DNA of 32,000 nucleotides from Fibrobacter succinogenes subsp. succinogenes S85 (lineage in GTDB: Bacteria > Fibrobacterota > Fibrobacteria > Fibrobacterales > Fibrobacteraceae). Of the stretch, positions 1 to 9,175 are shown in pieces. The position numbers and the translations under genes are program-made. The notes under the pieces are model-generated. The model was given only the letters and a program-made list of their open reading frames with translations, did no database searches and had not been told where the DNA came from. How positions within the stretch are numbered: position 1 is the stretch's first letter; each line of letters begins with the position of its first letter. The DNA is taken from positions 1,380,001 through 1,412,000 of the forward strand of contig NC_017448.1 of assembly GCF_000146505.1 (NCBI RefSeq), given 5' to 3'.

Positions 1-3000
1 ACCACAGGCGATCAAAAATTCCAGAAGAATCTGACAGTCAACGGCACATGGTATACAAACTTTTCAGCGCACGATTCCCGTGTCGCAGGGAACATGTGCT
101 TAGGGGAAAACGGCCAAGTTCTCATTAGCGAAAAAAATCCCGCACGTGATTTTCTCGTCGGCGGAAACGTTTGGGCAGAATCGACATACCCCATATGGAT
201 TACAAACGGAGAAGACAACGAAGGCGAATACAACAAGATTATTATTGGAAACAAAAAAGATTCCAAAGTTTACATCAAGAGCGCCCACCCCATCGCTGAT
301 TACGTAACACTCAGAAACAACAGAACATTTATCGAAAAGAACACCTATTACAAGGGATCCTATACTTATGGATCTCAAGCCAAATGGGATAACAAGACAA
401 CCCGCCCATACCCAGATTTAAAGCCCCACATGAAGAACAAAAACGACGCCTACTACCTTTACTACTACAACGGTCAAGGCCAAGATGTCGACTACATCGT
501 TTCTAATGCAGGAGGATGGGGCTGGGGCGCACAAGCGTATTACGCTAACTATTATGTCGGGAACAAAATTTTCTACACCCCCCAAAGTGGCTATTGGGGA
601 TCGTATGGCTATACCGCAGAAAAAAACAACTTCTTGAATTACCAGAACGGCACACCGACAGGCTCGCCATACTGCAAGGCGACTCCAGATAAGTGGCGCC
701 CCGAATGCCGAGTTACCCCGTGGTTTAAATCCCAGGGAACCGTATCAAGCGAAATGCCGGCAAGCCAACCTTTTGAATGCGCCGAATCCGTCAAGACCTA
801 TTGCAACAAGCTCTGGAAAAAGAAAGAAGGCTGCGATGGTGCAAGCTACAAAGTTGACGACATTCTCGTAACCGCCTATAACCAATTCATATCGTACGCC
901 AACAAAAACTGTAGCAATGTAACACACTGGGGCGACAACATGAGTCGCTATCTTAACGAATGCTACAAAGAAAATAGCTCCGATCCAACCAAATACAAGA
1001 ACAACCTTTACAACGGCTACCAAGTCGTTGAAATTAAAAACCGAACTGAACTTAAAAACCCCACCACCCCCTTAAAGGGCAAGTTTATCATCGTCGTAAC
1101 ACAGGCTTTAGGACAACAAAATTTGCCGCCGACTACAGCAGATTCCTATGTACTCCTCTATCTGAAAGAAGGAGCAAGCTCCACGATTCAAGCAGCGGTT
1201 GAAAACGGCATATACAATTATTTCATCTACACCAAAAAAGACATTGGCGGACTCCTATTTAACAACTCCACTTTCAGCGGCTCGGTTTATGCCACCGCAG
1301 ACAACTGCGCAAAAGTGGGCGATTTCAAGGCACGCTCCTTGGTATTCAACGACGACATGATGAACGATTTGTCGGCAAACGCCGTCATTTGTAACGCATC
1401 TGTAGGCGAAAGTTCTTGCGGAGGCGCAGCAACGGGAACTTCAGGATCCTCATCGTCTTCCTCAGAATCGACAGAAAAACTATTCGATAGCTATTATATT
1501 TCAATGGCTCCGCAATTGGGCGTAAGACTAGAATCCCAAAACAAGAGTTCAGAAACACCTCCACAAGCAAGTAGCAACAACATCACAGAGCTTTCTCCCT
1601 CATTCATTGTACTCCCGCGAATCATTTACTTGCCCAGCGACCCCTACGGACAGCTGACCGACTACTACAATGTACAAACGCTCAACAGCAATGGTGCGGC
1701 CCTGAGAAAATCAGATGTAAACGTATCTTGCTCCGGGCCGGGAGCACTGTCTACAACCGGCAATCTCTATACGGGAACAGCTCTCAGCAGAGGACTTTAC
1801 ACATGTACCGCTACGGCAAGCAATTACCCGAGCATTCCATTCTGGGTCCACGTCGGAAAAGACACCCGCGGAACAGCGACAATCGTATTTGAGAAAGAAT
1901 CCGAAGAAATGGATGCCAACGACTTAAAAGAAGTCAAGCTAGAAGTCCCAGCACATGCTGCAGAACTCACTGTAAACTTCTATTGCCCCGATGTTGAAAA
2001 CGAAGCCTGGTCCTATGTTTCCTTGGGCGATAACGTCACACGCAACGGAATGTCATGCACACTTAAACTAGCGGCCAATTCTTCGGCAGCCACACCGACT
2101 ATAGCAACCATAAAGACATCAAATGCAGTAAAAGGATCTCTACTGTTCCAATTGCTCCCTGGCGAAGGCTACCTTCCAGGGTCGCCCTCCTCTACAGAGC
2201 TCTACATAGCCTCAAGTGCGCAGTTGCATCGTGAAGAAGCGACATCAACAGACATCAAAGAATACTGCGACAACCATTCTGGAGACTGCCCCTCCAATTA
2301 CGAGACATACTGGCCAGATTGCGATGTTTCTGGAGTGTGGGTAGAACCCTCCGGAACATCATTCATCAACTTGATAGACAATAGCTCTTGGGTCATTACA
2401 GTTGGCAACACACAAAGCGTAACCCTTAGAGCCACCGGCAACAGCAGCGACTGCGCAACGATTATCCCACAAACAGACAACTCAATTGCGGCAAACGCAG
2501 TACAGTCAAACAGAAGCTACACATTGCGAGCAAGCGCCAAGGCCAGGAAAAGAACTTTCACGGTGGGTTTCAATGGTAATGTGGGATCAAACAATCATCC
2601 TATAATAAACCTATATATCGACAGTAAATACGGTAGCCGAAACGAACAATGCCGCTACGATGACGCCAGAACCAATGAAGAAACGTCTACAAAGACGTGT
2701 ACCTTCTCTATTTTCAAAGGCGAAAGCGTTAAGGCAGCCCTCGAAGACAACGATGATGCCGACAAGTTCAGTTATTGGAAATGTTCCGGCGGAAGCTGCC
2801 CAACAAGCGACGGAACAAACACAAGTAAGGAATTTGATTCATTTACACTTTCAGATGACAATACCGAGTTAATAGCATACTTTGGCGAAAACGACAAGCA
2901 CTGCTTCTTTGATGAGTTCAAGCGCAGCAGCGTAGAATGCGGAGATGATATTCAATACTGTATTGACAAATGCAGCAACAATGACATCTATTCTACATGT

Positions 3001-6000
3001 ACAGGCGCCGTAGACGGAAATAGCTTGTACCCGAACGCCAAATGGCACTTGATCTCGGGTTATCTATCACAAATTGTCGTCGGTTCCAGTGGAGAAATCC
3101 ATATTGACAAATCAGCCGTCAAGAAGCAGAAGCAATCTGCCAGGAACCCGGTTATGGTCCTTAGCACAGTGAACGCAGGTATTCTAGGCACACTCAAAGC
3201 CTTAATCAATGTTCCACGCGTAACGACTAGCTACGACAATTCTTCTGCCAATATCAAGAACTCCGGGTTTATGCTCCGCGCAAATACTTATGGAAACGAC
3301 TACTTCATGTTGAACCTGTACGAAAACAGCAGTGGCGCTCTTGAGGCACAGCTCTGGAAAGGTTCGACAAGTCTGACATCCACATTGACCAATAGCAATG
3401 GATACAAGGCATACGTGTCCACATCAAAGATGGTCATGGCGACTATAAGTATTACATCTTCGGGAACCATAGAAGTTCGAGCAAACATCGGAGACTTCTA
3501 TGGAGATTCTCCGTCGGAATATAAATGTTCGTTCGATCTTTCGGAATTCAATAATCCGCTAGCCGATGCTGCCCATGAATACGTCGGCTTTAGCCTCGGT
3601 GACCCGAACTTCAAAATCTATGGCATTGGCTGGAAGAGCGCCACTTACAATTCAGAATGCTACGACACCTACCCCACCGTAAAATGCTCATTTGCCGCAG
3701 TGGCAACAGATGGAGTCATCAAGACGGATACGCTTGTAAAGCCTTGGGTCGGCCATTCTGGATGGTTCGATTCTAAGGGCTGTACACCGCTCTATTATTA
3801 CTACAACGGCAATGACGCCAGCACAACTTGCTCTGGCGAATCTTGCTATGACGGCTACAAATTTGACAAAAGTGGTATTGGCGCTCACGGCTACACCGAA
3901 GCAGGAACCGAATACAAAACAGCAAAAGCATGGCTCGGGAACTGCACAAATGTTGATGAAACAGCCATGGCCTGGGGTGTTTCCGCTAGCGAACAACGTG
4001 CTCATTGCGGCGCATTCTGGACAGGCGAATTCAAGGAGTGCTTAGCGCACCAAGACCTCTTCAGCGGTTCAAAAAGCATCGGAAGCCTTGAAGAAACCAT
4101 CGTTTTCGAAAACAAGCAAAACCTTAGAGCGGCAACGCTCCACGTAACACTCGAAAACACCGACAACAACGAAGTGGAAATCTGGTTGGTCAGCGAAAGC
4201 GAAAACTGGGGAGAATACGATCACGAAAGCCATTCTGTCAGTATGAACGGAACGACTAGATCGTTCAATATCATGCAAGAATTTGCCACAGGTTCAAACG
4301 GATTCGACCCTGAAAACGTAAAGCAAATTGTCTTGAAAAATCACGGTTCAACAAGTGTCACAGTAACATCAATTACAAGTACTTGCGCCAATGCCATCGG
4401 CTTAACCTACTGCCGAGCAGAATACGATGGCGACAATTGGAACGTAACAACACAAGTAACAAACAAGAGCCTGATTTCAAAACAGCAAATCACAGCGGCT
4501 GTCGATGGCTCCAACCTCATCAATGAAACTAAAGACGCCGTGGGTAACGATGGAATCGTATGGAATGGAGACATGGCAACACTCAGCATTCCCGATGCCA
4601 ACGTCTATAATTATCAGGGAAAATCGTACGTCTTTAACGCAACAATCACAGGCACATCCGGCCAAACCGTTTCAAAACAATGCTCGGTCTCACCGGACCC
4701 GATTGGACGCATTGGCGTTGATTGCTCGGTCATTAGCGCTGTAGCAAGTGGAGCAAGATTCCCGACATTTAATGTCAACTTCAACGGATGTCCAGGTAAC
4801 GGCTGTGGCTACGAAATCTATTTGGACAACGGATACACTCCGTTTGCAACAGGAACGGAAAAAACTGCAGCGCGTCATTCTGCAAACCAAAGCGAAACCT
4901 GCGACAGGACCGAAGGTTGCGAACACACTTACACTGTGAAGAGCACCGCAAACCCCGCACTTTTTGTTGACTGTAGCGCAAGCTTCAAAGTTCAAAGAAA
5001 CGCAGACGACATTCCCCCATCAGTAACATGTGGTATTTCGACAAACCCGACCGAATTTTCCTCTAATCCGATATCCGTTTCGGACAATGTGTATTTCCTT
5101 GCTAGAAACAACGAAAGCGTTGAAAAGCAATATCCGGTTACACTGAAAAATGGCGAAATACAATTAGGCACAGCAACATTGAGCAACTGGTCCGGTTTAA
5201 CGAACATCAAAGATTTGGGTACACTAAGCGCAGGTGACTACACTTACAGCCTTTACTACAATAATGAAAAGATTTGCGACATTCCTGTTACCGTAAACGA
5301 AGAATCGGGCGCTTGCCACATATCTGGAAAAATGTACGAAGGGCAAGTGATTTCAATGAACGTGTCTGGGGTTACTAAAAACATCCGATACACATGGACA
5401 TTAAACGGGGATAGCCAACCAATAGACTGTAATCCAAGTAATTGTTGGAATAATACGAGAACCGCTCCTACAACTCCGGGTACTTACAGTTACTCCGTGA
5501 CAAGCGGATCAAGCAAGATATGCGAAGGAAGCGTAACTATTGAACCAATGCTTTCTTGCTCAGTGACTCCGTCTGAACTTAATAAAAAGGCGTATTACAC
5601 ATTCACAGCAACTAGAAATCAAAATTGCTGGAATTGCTATTACACTTATGATTCGGGGACTCAAAGCGTATATTTCCCCGATAACTCGAACACTATTGAA
5701 TTAGCAAAAATGGCAACGGTTGCCGGAGGAAAGACATTAACTTTAGCCTGTACATGCGGAGACAATAATCATGGAGCAAGTTGTTCAAAAAACATCACAA
5801 TTAATAATACGGAAGATCCTTTAACGTGTCCGACAGACCCCAATCCTTATGAATGGGAATGCCAAACTGAAAACGGAGCCGGCAATATCAATAATTGGGG
5901 CACGGGTGCACGATGTGTAAAAATAAAGGCTTCAAAAGTTACTGTACAGTCAAGTAATGCTAATGGGCGTGCATTCTGTGTTAATGGAAATGAAGCTGAA

Positions 6001-6441
6001 ATGAGTGGAAACGATATCACGACAAAGGAGTATTCCGCTGCTGATGATGGCTATATAACAGTGTGTGCTACAGCAGGTGATTATTCATATACGCGAATTG
6101 GGTGGTATAATTGTAAAAAATCTGCAGAGGAAATAACATTTGACTGTAACACCAACAATTCAACAGATCTCACAGGTAGTGGAAATCATTCAGTATCAGC
6201 GAATACTTGTTATTCCTTTAGGTGTTATTTCGGAACAGATGGTGCAAATACAGGCAGTTGGAATTTCTCCGCTCCTGTTGCCGGAACAAAAATGACATAC
6301 ACGGATTGTTCAGGGAATACACAAACATACACGTTCCAATATGATAACTACTGGTATGAAAAGATTAATATTGGAGCCTGTAGAATCTACTTAAAATCCA
6401 CCGCTGATATGACAATTGCAGATTGCGACTGGAAAAACTAA
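1..6441 (+). CDS. Giant Cys-rich secreted or cell-surface protein, 5'-truncated at the window edge (2,146 codons visible). Adhesin-like multi-domain protein of unknown function.
   Basis: Frame 1 is open from nt 1, with no stop before the ATG at 94, so the N-terminus lies upstream. TAA at 6439-6441 is followed by a hairpin plus T8 terminator. The translation is rich in Cys/Asn/Thr/Ser/Gly/Tyr. It has a poly-Ser linker (~1420-1476) and five tandem ~80-105 aa Cys-bracketed modules (~4399-5810). No catalytic motif recognised. Confidence 0.8.
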   Translation, partial: TTGDQKFQKNLTVNGTWYTNFSAHDSRVAGNMCLGENGQVLISEKNPARDFLVGGNVWAESTYPIWITNGEDNEGEYNKIIIGNKKDSKVYIKSAHPIADYVTLRNNRTFIEKNTYYKGSYTYGSQAKWDNKTTRPYPDLKPHMKNKNDAYYLYYYNGQGQDVDYIVSNAGGWGWGAQAYYANYYVGNKIFYTPQSGYWGSYGYTAEKNNFLNYQNGTPTGSPYCKATPDKWRPECRVTPWFKSQGTVSSEMPASQPFECAESVKTYCNKLWKKKEGCDGASYKVDDILVTAYNQFISYANKNCSNVTHWGDNMSRYLNECYKENSSDPTKYKNNLYNGYQVVEIKNRTELKNPTTPLKGKFIIVVTQALGQQNLPPTTADSYVLLYLKEGASSTIQAAVENGIYNYFIYTKKDIGGLLFNNSTFSGSVYATADNCAKVGDFKARSLVFNDDMMNDLSANAVICNASVGESSCGGAATGTSGSSSSSSESTEKLFDSYYISMAPQLGVRLESQNKSSETPPQASSNNITELSPSFIVLPRIIYLPSDPYGQLTDYYNVQTLNSNGAALRKSDVNVSCSGPGALSTTGNLYTGTALSRGLYTCTATASNYPSIPFWVHVGKDTRGTATIVFEKESEEMDANDLKEVKLEVPAHAAELTVNFYCPDVENEAWSYVSLGDNVTRNGMSCTLKLAANSSAATPTIATIKTSNAVKGSLLFQLLPGEGYLPGSPSSTELYIASSAQLHREEATSTDIKEYCDNHSGDCPSNYETYWPDCDVSGVWVEPSGTSFINLIDNSSWVITVGNTQSVTLRATGNSSDCATIIPQTDNSIAANAVQSNRSYTLRASAKARKRTFTVGFNGNVGSNNHPIINLYIDSKYGSRNEQCRYDDARTNEETSTKTCTFSIFKGESVKAALEDNDDADKFSYWKCSGGSCPTSDGTNTSKEFDSFTLSDDNTELIAYFGENDKHCFFDEFKRSSVECGDDIQYCIDKCSNNDIYSTCTGAVDGNSLYPNAKWHLISGYLSQIVVGSSGEIHIDKSAVKKQKQSARNPVMVLSTVNAGILGTLKALINVPRVTTSYDNSSANIKNSGFMLRANTYGNDYFMLNLYENSSGALEAQLWKGSTSLTSTLTNSNGYKAYVSTSKMVMATISITSSGTIEVRANIGDFYGDSPSEYKCSFDLSEFNNPLADAAHEYVGFSLGDPNFKIYGIGWKSATYNSECYDTYPTVKCSFAAVATDGVIKTDTLVKPWVGHSGWFDSKGCTPLYYYYNGNDASTTCSGESCYDGYKFDKSGIGAHGYTEAGTEYKTAKAWLGNCTNVDETAMAWGVSASEQRAHCGAFWTGEFKECLAHQDLFSGSKSIGSLEETIVFENKQNLRAATLHVTLENTDNNEVEIWLVSESENWGEYDHESHSVSMNGTTRSFNIMQEFATGSNGFDPENVKQIVLKNHGSTSVTVTSITSTCANAIGLTYCRAEYDGDNWNVTTQVTNKSLISKQQITAAVDGSNLINETKDAVGNDGIVWNGDMATLSIPDANVYNYQGKSYVFNATITGTSGQTVSKQCSVSPDPIGRIGVDCSVISAVASGARFPTFNVNFNGCPGNGCGYEIYLDNGYTPFATGTEKTAARHSANQSETCDRTEGCEHTYTVKSTANPALFVDCSASFKVQRNADDIPPSVTCGISTNPTEFSSNPISVSDNVYFLARNNESVEKQYPVTLKNGEIQLGTATLSNWSGLTNIKDLGTLSAGDYTYSLYYNNEKICDIPVTVNEESGACHISGKMYEGQVISMNVSGVTKNIRYTWTLNGDSQPIDCNPSNCWNNTRTAPTTPGTYSYSVTSGSSKICEGSVTIEPMLSCSVTPSELNKKAYYTFTATRNQNCWNCYYTYDSGTQSVYFPDNSNTIELAKMATVAGGKTLTLACTCGDNNHGASCSKNITINNTEDPLTCPTDPNPYEWECQTENGAGNINNWGTGARCVKIKASKVTVQSSNANGRAFCVNGNEAEMSGNDITTKEYSAADDGYITVCATAGDYSYTRIGWYNCKKSAEEITFDCNTNNSTDLTGSGNHSVSANTCYSFRCYFGTDGANTGSWNFSAPVAGTKMTYTDCSGNTQTYTFQYDNYWYEKINIGACRIYLKSTADMTIADCDWKN

Positions 6442-6464
6442 AATTTTTCATTACCACCTAAAAA

Positions 6465-6490
6465 GTTCCCCCGCCGGGGAGCTTTTTTTT
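6465..6490 (+). terminator. Rho-independent terminator of the giant gene
   Basis: Stem TCCCC (6467-6471) / GGGGA (6476-6480), 4-nt loop, then GC plus eight T (6483-6490), 24 nt after the stop codon. Confidence 0.75.
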
Positions 6491-6539
6491 GCATCTACTC
6501 GTGCAAGAAAGCCGCTATTTTTCTAAATTTCGCCGTACT

Positions 6540-7562
6540 ATGAGTGAAGCTATTAACAATGTCAAGCAGGCCTTTGATGCAGAACTTGCACAAACGGACC
6601 TCACCAATCAAGAAGCGGTCAATAATCTCCGCGTAAAGTACCTCGGCAAGAAGGGCGCCGTCACGGACCTCATGAAGCAGATGGGTTCCTTGAGCGCCGA
6701 AGAACGCCCCGCTTACGGCAAGCTCGTGAACGAACTGAAGGTTGCCGTTTCCGAAGCTATCGACAAGGCTATCGAAACCGCAAACGAAGCAGCGCTCCAG
6801 AAGAAGCTCGCTAGCGGCGCTGTCGATATCACGCTCCCGGGTACCGGCATCGCTGCCGGTTCTACGCATCCGCTGTACGACGTCCGCGAAGAAATCATCG
6901 ACTTCTTTGCGCAGATGGGTTTTGATGTGGACTTCGGTCGTGACATCGAAACGGATTGGTACAACTTTGAAGCTCTCAACACTCCGCCTGACCATCCGAG
7001 CCGCGACATGCAGGACACGTTCTACGTGGACAACAAGGTCATGCTCCGCACACACACGTCTGGCACCCAGATTCACTACATGGAAACGCACAAGCCGCCT
7101 TTCCGCATGATCGCTCCGGGCCACGTGTTCCGCGTCGACAACGATGCCACCCACGCTCCGATGTTCCAGCAGTGCGAAGGTCTTGTCGTTGACGAAAACA
7201 TTAGCTTCGCCGACCTCAAGGGCGTGCTCCAGGTGTTCATGAACAAACTCTTTGGCGCAGGCGTCAAGACTCGCTTCCGTCCGAGCTTCTTCCCGTTCAC
7301 GGAACCGTCCGCAGAAATGGACGTGAGCTGCGTGTTCTGCGGTGGCAAGGGCTGCCGTCGTTGCAAGGGCACGGGCTGGATGGAAATCGGTGGTTGCGGT
7401 TCTGTGGATCCGAACGTGTTCAAGAACTGCGGCATCGATGCTGAAAAGTTCACTGGCTTTGCATTCGGTTTCGGTCTTGACCGTATCGCCATGCTCCGCC
7501 ACGAGATTCCGGAAATCGGCCTCCTGACCGCCAACGATCAGAGATTCCTGAGCCAGTTCTAA
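6540..7562 (+). CDS. pheS: Phenylalanine--tRNA ligase alpha subunit
   Basis: Class II aaRS PheS motifs are present: FRVDNDATHAPMFQQCEGL, FPFTEPSAEMDV, GFAFGFGLDRIAML. I chose the start at ATG 6540 (MSEAINN...) because the longer ORF from 6489 would begin inside the upstream terminator T-tract. Confidence 0.95.
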   Translation: MSEAINNVKQAFDAELAQTDLTNQEAVNNLRVKYLGKKGAVTDLMKQMGSLSAEERPAYGKLVNELKVAVSEAIDKAIETANEAALQKKLASGAVDITLPGTGIAAGSTHPLYDVREEIIDFFAQMGFDVDFGRDIETDWYNFEALNTPPDHPSRDMQDTFYVDNKVMLRTHTSGTQIHYMETHKPPFRMIAPGHVFRVDNDATHAPMFQQCEGLVVDENISFADLKGVLQVFMNKLFGAGVKTRFRPSFFPFTEPSAEMDVSCVFCGGKGCRRCKGTGWMEIGGCGSVDPNVFKNCGIDAEKFTGFAFGFGLDRIAMLRHEIPEIGLLTANDQRFLSQF

Positions 7563-7630
7563 TAGCTATGGGCGCGGCACTTCGTGCCTCCGAGGCATGA
7601 GGTCGCTCGCTGAAGCTCGCTTTGAGCATT

Positions 7631-7664
7631 AAAAAGCGAACCGTTGAGGTTCGCTCTTTTTTAT
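7631..7664 (+). terminator. Rho-independent terminator after pheS
   Basis: Stem AGCGAACC (7635-7642) / GGTTCGCT (7648-7655), loop GTTGA, followed by CTTTTTT. Confidence 0.8.
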
Positions 7665-7687
7665 TCTTCAACATTACTCTAAATGAG

Positions 7688-7716
7688 AAAGGCGGACCTC
7701 ACGGCCCGCCATTTTC
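7688..7716 (-). terminator. Hairpin terminator downstream of manC (usable in both directions)
   Basis: GGCGGaCC tcac GGcCCGCC (7691-7710). It is flanked by a T-rich run on the minus strand (rc of aaatgagaaa) and by ATTTT on the plus strand. Confidence 0.6.
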
Positions 7717-7776
7717 GCAAAGCAGCTAGAGTTAGGCGATAGCCCTAACCACTAGCCACTGTTTACTAAGCACTAA

Positions 7777-9156
7777 TTACGAGCGCTTGTAGTCGTCCTG
7801 CACGCGGATAATGTCGTCTTCGCCGGTGTATTCGCCGACCTGGACTTCAACAATCACAAGCGGGAGCTTGCCTTCGTTCTGCAAGCGGTGAATCGTTCCG
7901 GACGGAATGTAGGTCGATTCGTTCGGACGCACGTAGAACACCTTGTCGCCCACAGTCACCGTAGCTGTACCGCTCACAACAACCCAGTGTTCCGAACGAT
8001 GCAAATGCTTCTGCAACGAGAGGCGTTCGCCCGGGCGAACAACGATTCGCTTCATCTTGTAGCGGTCGCTAGATTCGAGCACGGAGTACGTACCCCACGG
8101 ACGGTTGACCGTCTGCGGGACCTTCGGCAAGTCGGAGCCGCGAGCCTTGAGCTCGTCGACGACCTTCTTGACCTTCTGGCTGCTTGCAAGAGGAGCAACC
8201 AAGAGAGCATCAGGCGTATCAACAATGAGCATGTTGTCCAAATCAATCGTGCAAATCTGGCGCTGGCCACCGAGCACAAGAGAATTCTTGGAACCAATGC
8301 CCAAGTGCTTTGCGTTTATGTTATTGCCGTTTTCGTCGTGATCGAATTCCCCGTAGAGGGAATCGAATGCGCCGAGATCAGACCAACCGATATCGCTCGG
8401 CACGACCTTCACCTTGGCAGACTTTTCCATCACGGCGTAGTCAATCGAGTTCGAAGGAATGTTCATCATGTCTTCATGATCAACACGGACGAGAGCATCC
8501 TTGTTTTCTTTCTTGGCGTTTGCAAAGGCAATCTTTGCGGCGGTCAAGATATCCGGCGAGTACGTCGAAAGTTCATCAAGGAATGTAGCAGCCTTGAAGC
8601 AGAAGATACCGCTGTTCCAGAAGAACCTTCCGGAAGCAACGTATTTCTTGGCAGTTTCAAGATCCGGCTTTTCGACAAAACGCTTGACATCTTCGCCGTT
8701 CGCTTCGATGTAACCGTAACCCGTTTCCGGACCCGTCGGCGTGATACCGAACGTGACCATGAAACCCTTCTTTGCAAATTCTTCAGCCTTGCGCAAGCAT
8801 TCTTCGTAAGCTTCAGCCTTGCGGATCACATGGTCCGACGGAGATACGAGAACGATATCTTCTGGATCAAGACCAAGGCAAGCAAGGGCAATTGCCGGAG
8901 CCGTATTGCGGCCCACCGGTTCCAAAAGGAAGCGAACATCATTTGCGCCCACTTCTTCAAGCTGGTCCTTGGCCAAGAAATACTGTTCCGCATTGCTTAC
9001 AATGTACTGAGCACTGCAAATACGAGAATTGGTTTTTACTGTACGCTGGAACAGGGACGCACCGTCAAAAAGACGGGCGAACTGTTTCGGCATGAGAGAG
9101 CGGCTAATCGGCCAAAGGCGCGTTCCGCTACCACCACACAAAATCAAGTTAATCAT
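7777..9156 (-). CDS. manC: Mannose-1-phosphate guanylyltransferase / mannose-6-phosphate isomerase (bifunctional, type II PMI cupin C-terminus)
   Basis: N-terminal nucleotidyltransferase motif LCGGSGTRLWP. C-terminal cupin segment RPWGTY...HRSEHWVVVSGTA...G..H.L.N. The 459 aa length is typical of CpsB/ManC/XanB. Confidence 0.93.
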   Translation of the reverse strand: MINLILCGGSGTRLWPISRSLMPKQFARLFDGASLFQRTVKTNSRICSAQYIVSNAEQYFLAKDQLEEVGANDVRFLLEPVGRNTAPAIALACLGLDPEDIVLVSPSDHVIRKAEAYEECLRKAEEFAKKGFMVTFGITPTGPETGYGYIEANGEDVKRFVEKPDLETAKKYVASGRFFWNSGIFCFKAATFLDELSTYSPDILTAAKIAFANAKKENKDALVRVDHEDMMNIPSNSIDYAVMEKSAKVKVVPSDIGWSDLGAFDSLYGEFDHDENGNNINAKHLGIGSKNSLVLGGQRQICTIDLDNMLIVDTPDALLVAPLASSQKVKKVVDELKARGSDLPKVPQTVNRPWGTYSVLESSDRYKMKRIVVRPGERLSLQKHLHRSEHWVVVSGTATVTVGDKVFYVRPNESTYIPSGTIHRLQNEGKLPLVIVEVQVGEYTGEDDIIRVQDDYKRS

Positions 9157-9175
9157 AGTATTACCCTGCTACGGA

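Noticed and set aside
1-6441. Horizontal transfer or a genomic island as an explanation for the low-GC patches in the giant gene and lipoprotein genes.
   Set aside because: No flanking tRNA, integrase or direct repeats are present. Low-GC patches coincide with Asn/Ile/Lys/Tyr-rich protein segments, so amino-acid composition may suffice to explain them. A proper genome-wide compositional test is needed.
6489-6539. A 17-codon N-terminal extension of pheS (MHLLVQESRYFSKFRRT).
   Set aside because: It would start inside the T-tract of the upstream terminator. Conserved PheS sequence begins at MSEAINN (ATG 6540).
7635-7655. tRNA-like GGTTCG... T-arm look-alike in the pheS downstream region.
   Set aside because: There is only a single 8-bp hairpin followed by a T-run. 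No acceptor, D or anticodon arms can be drawn. It is a terminator.
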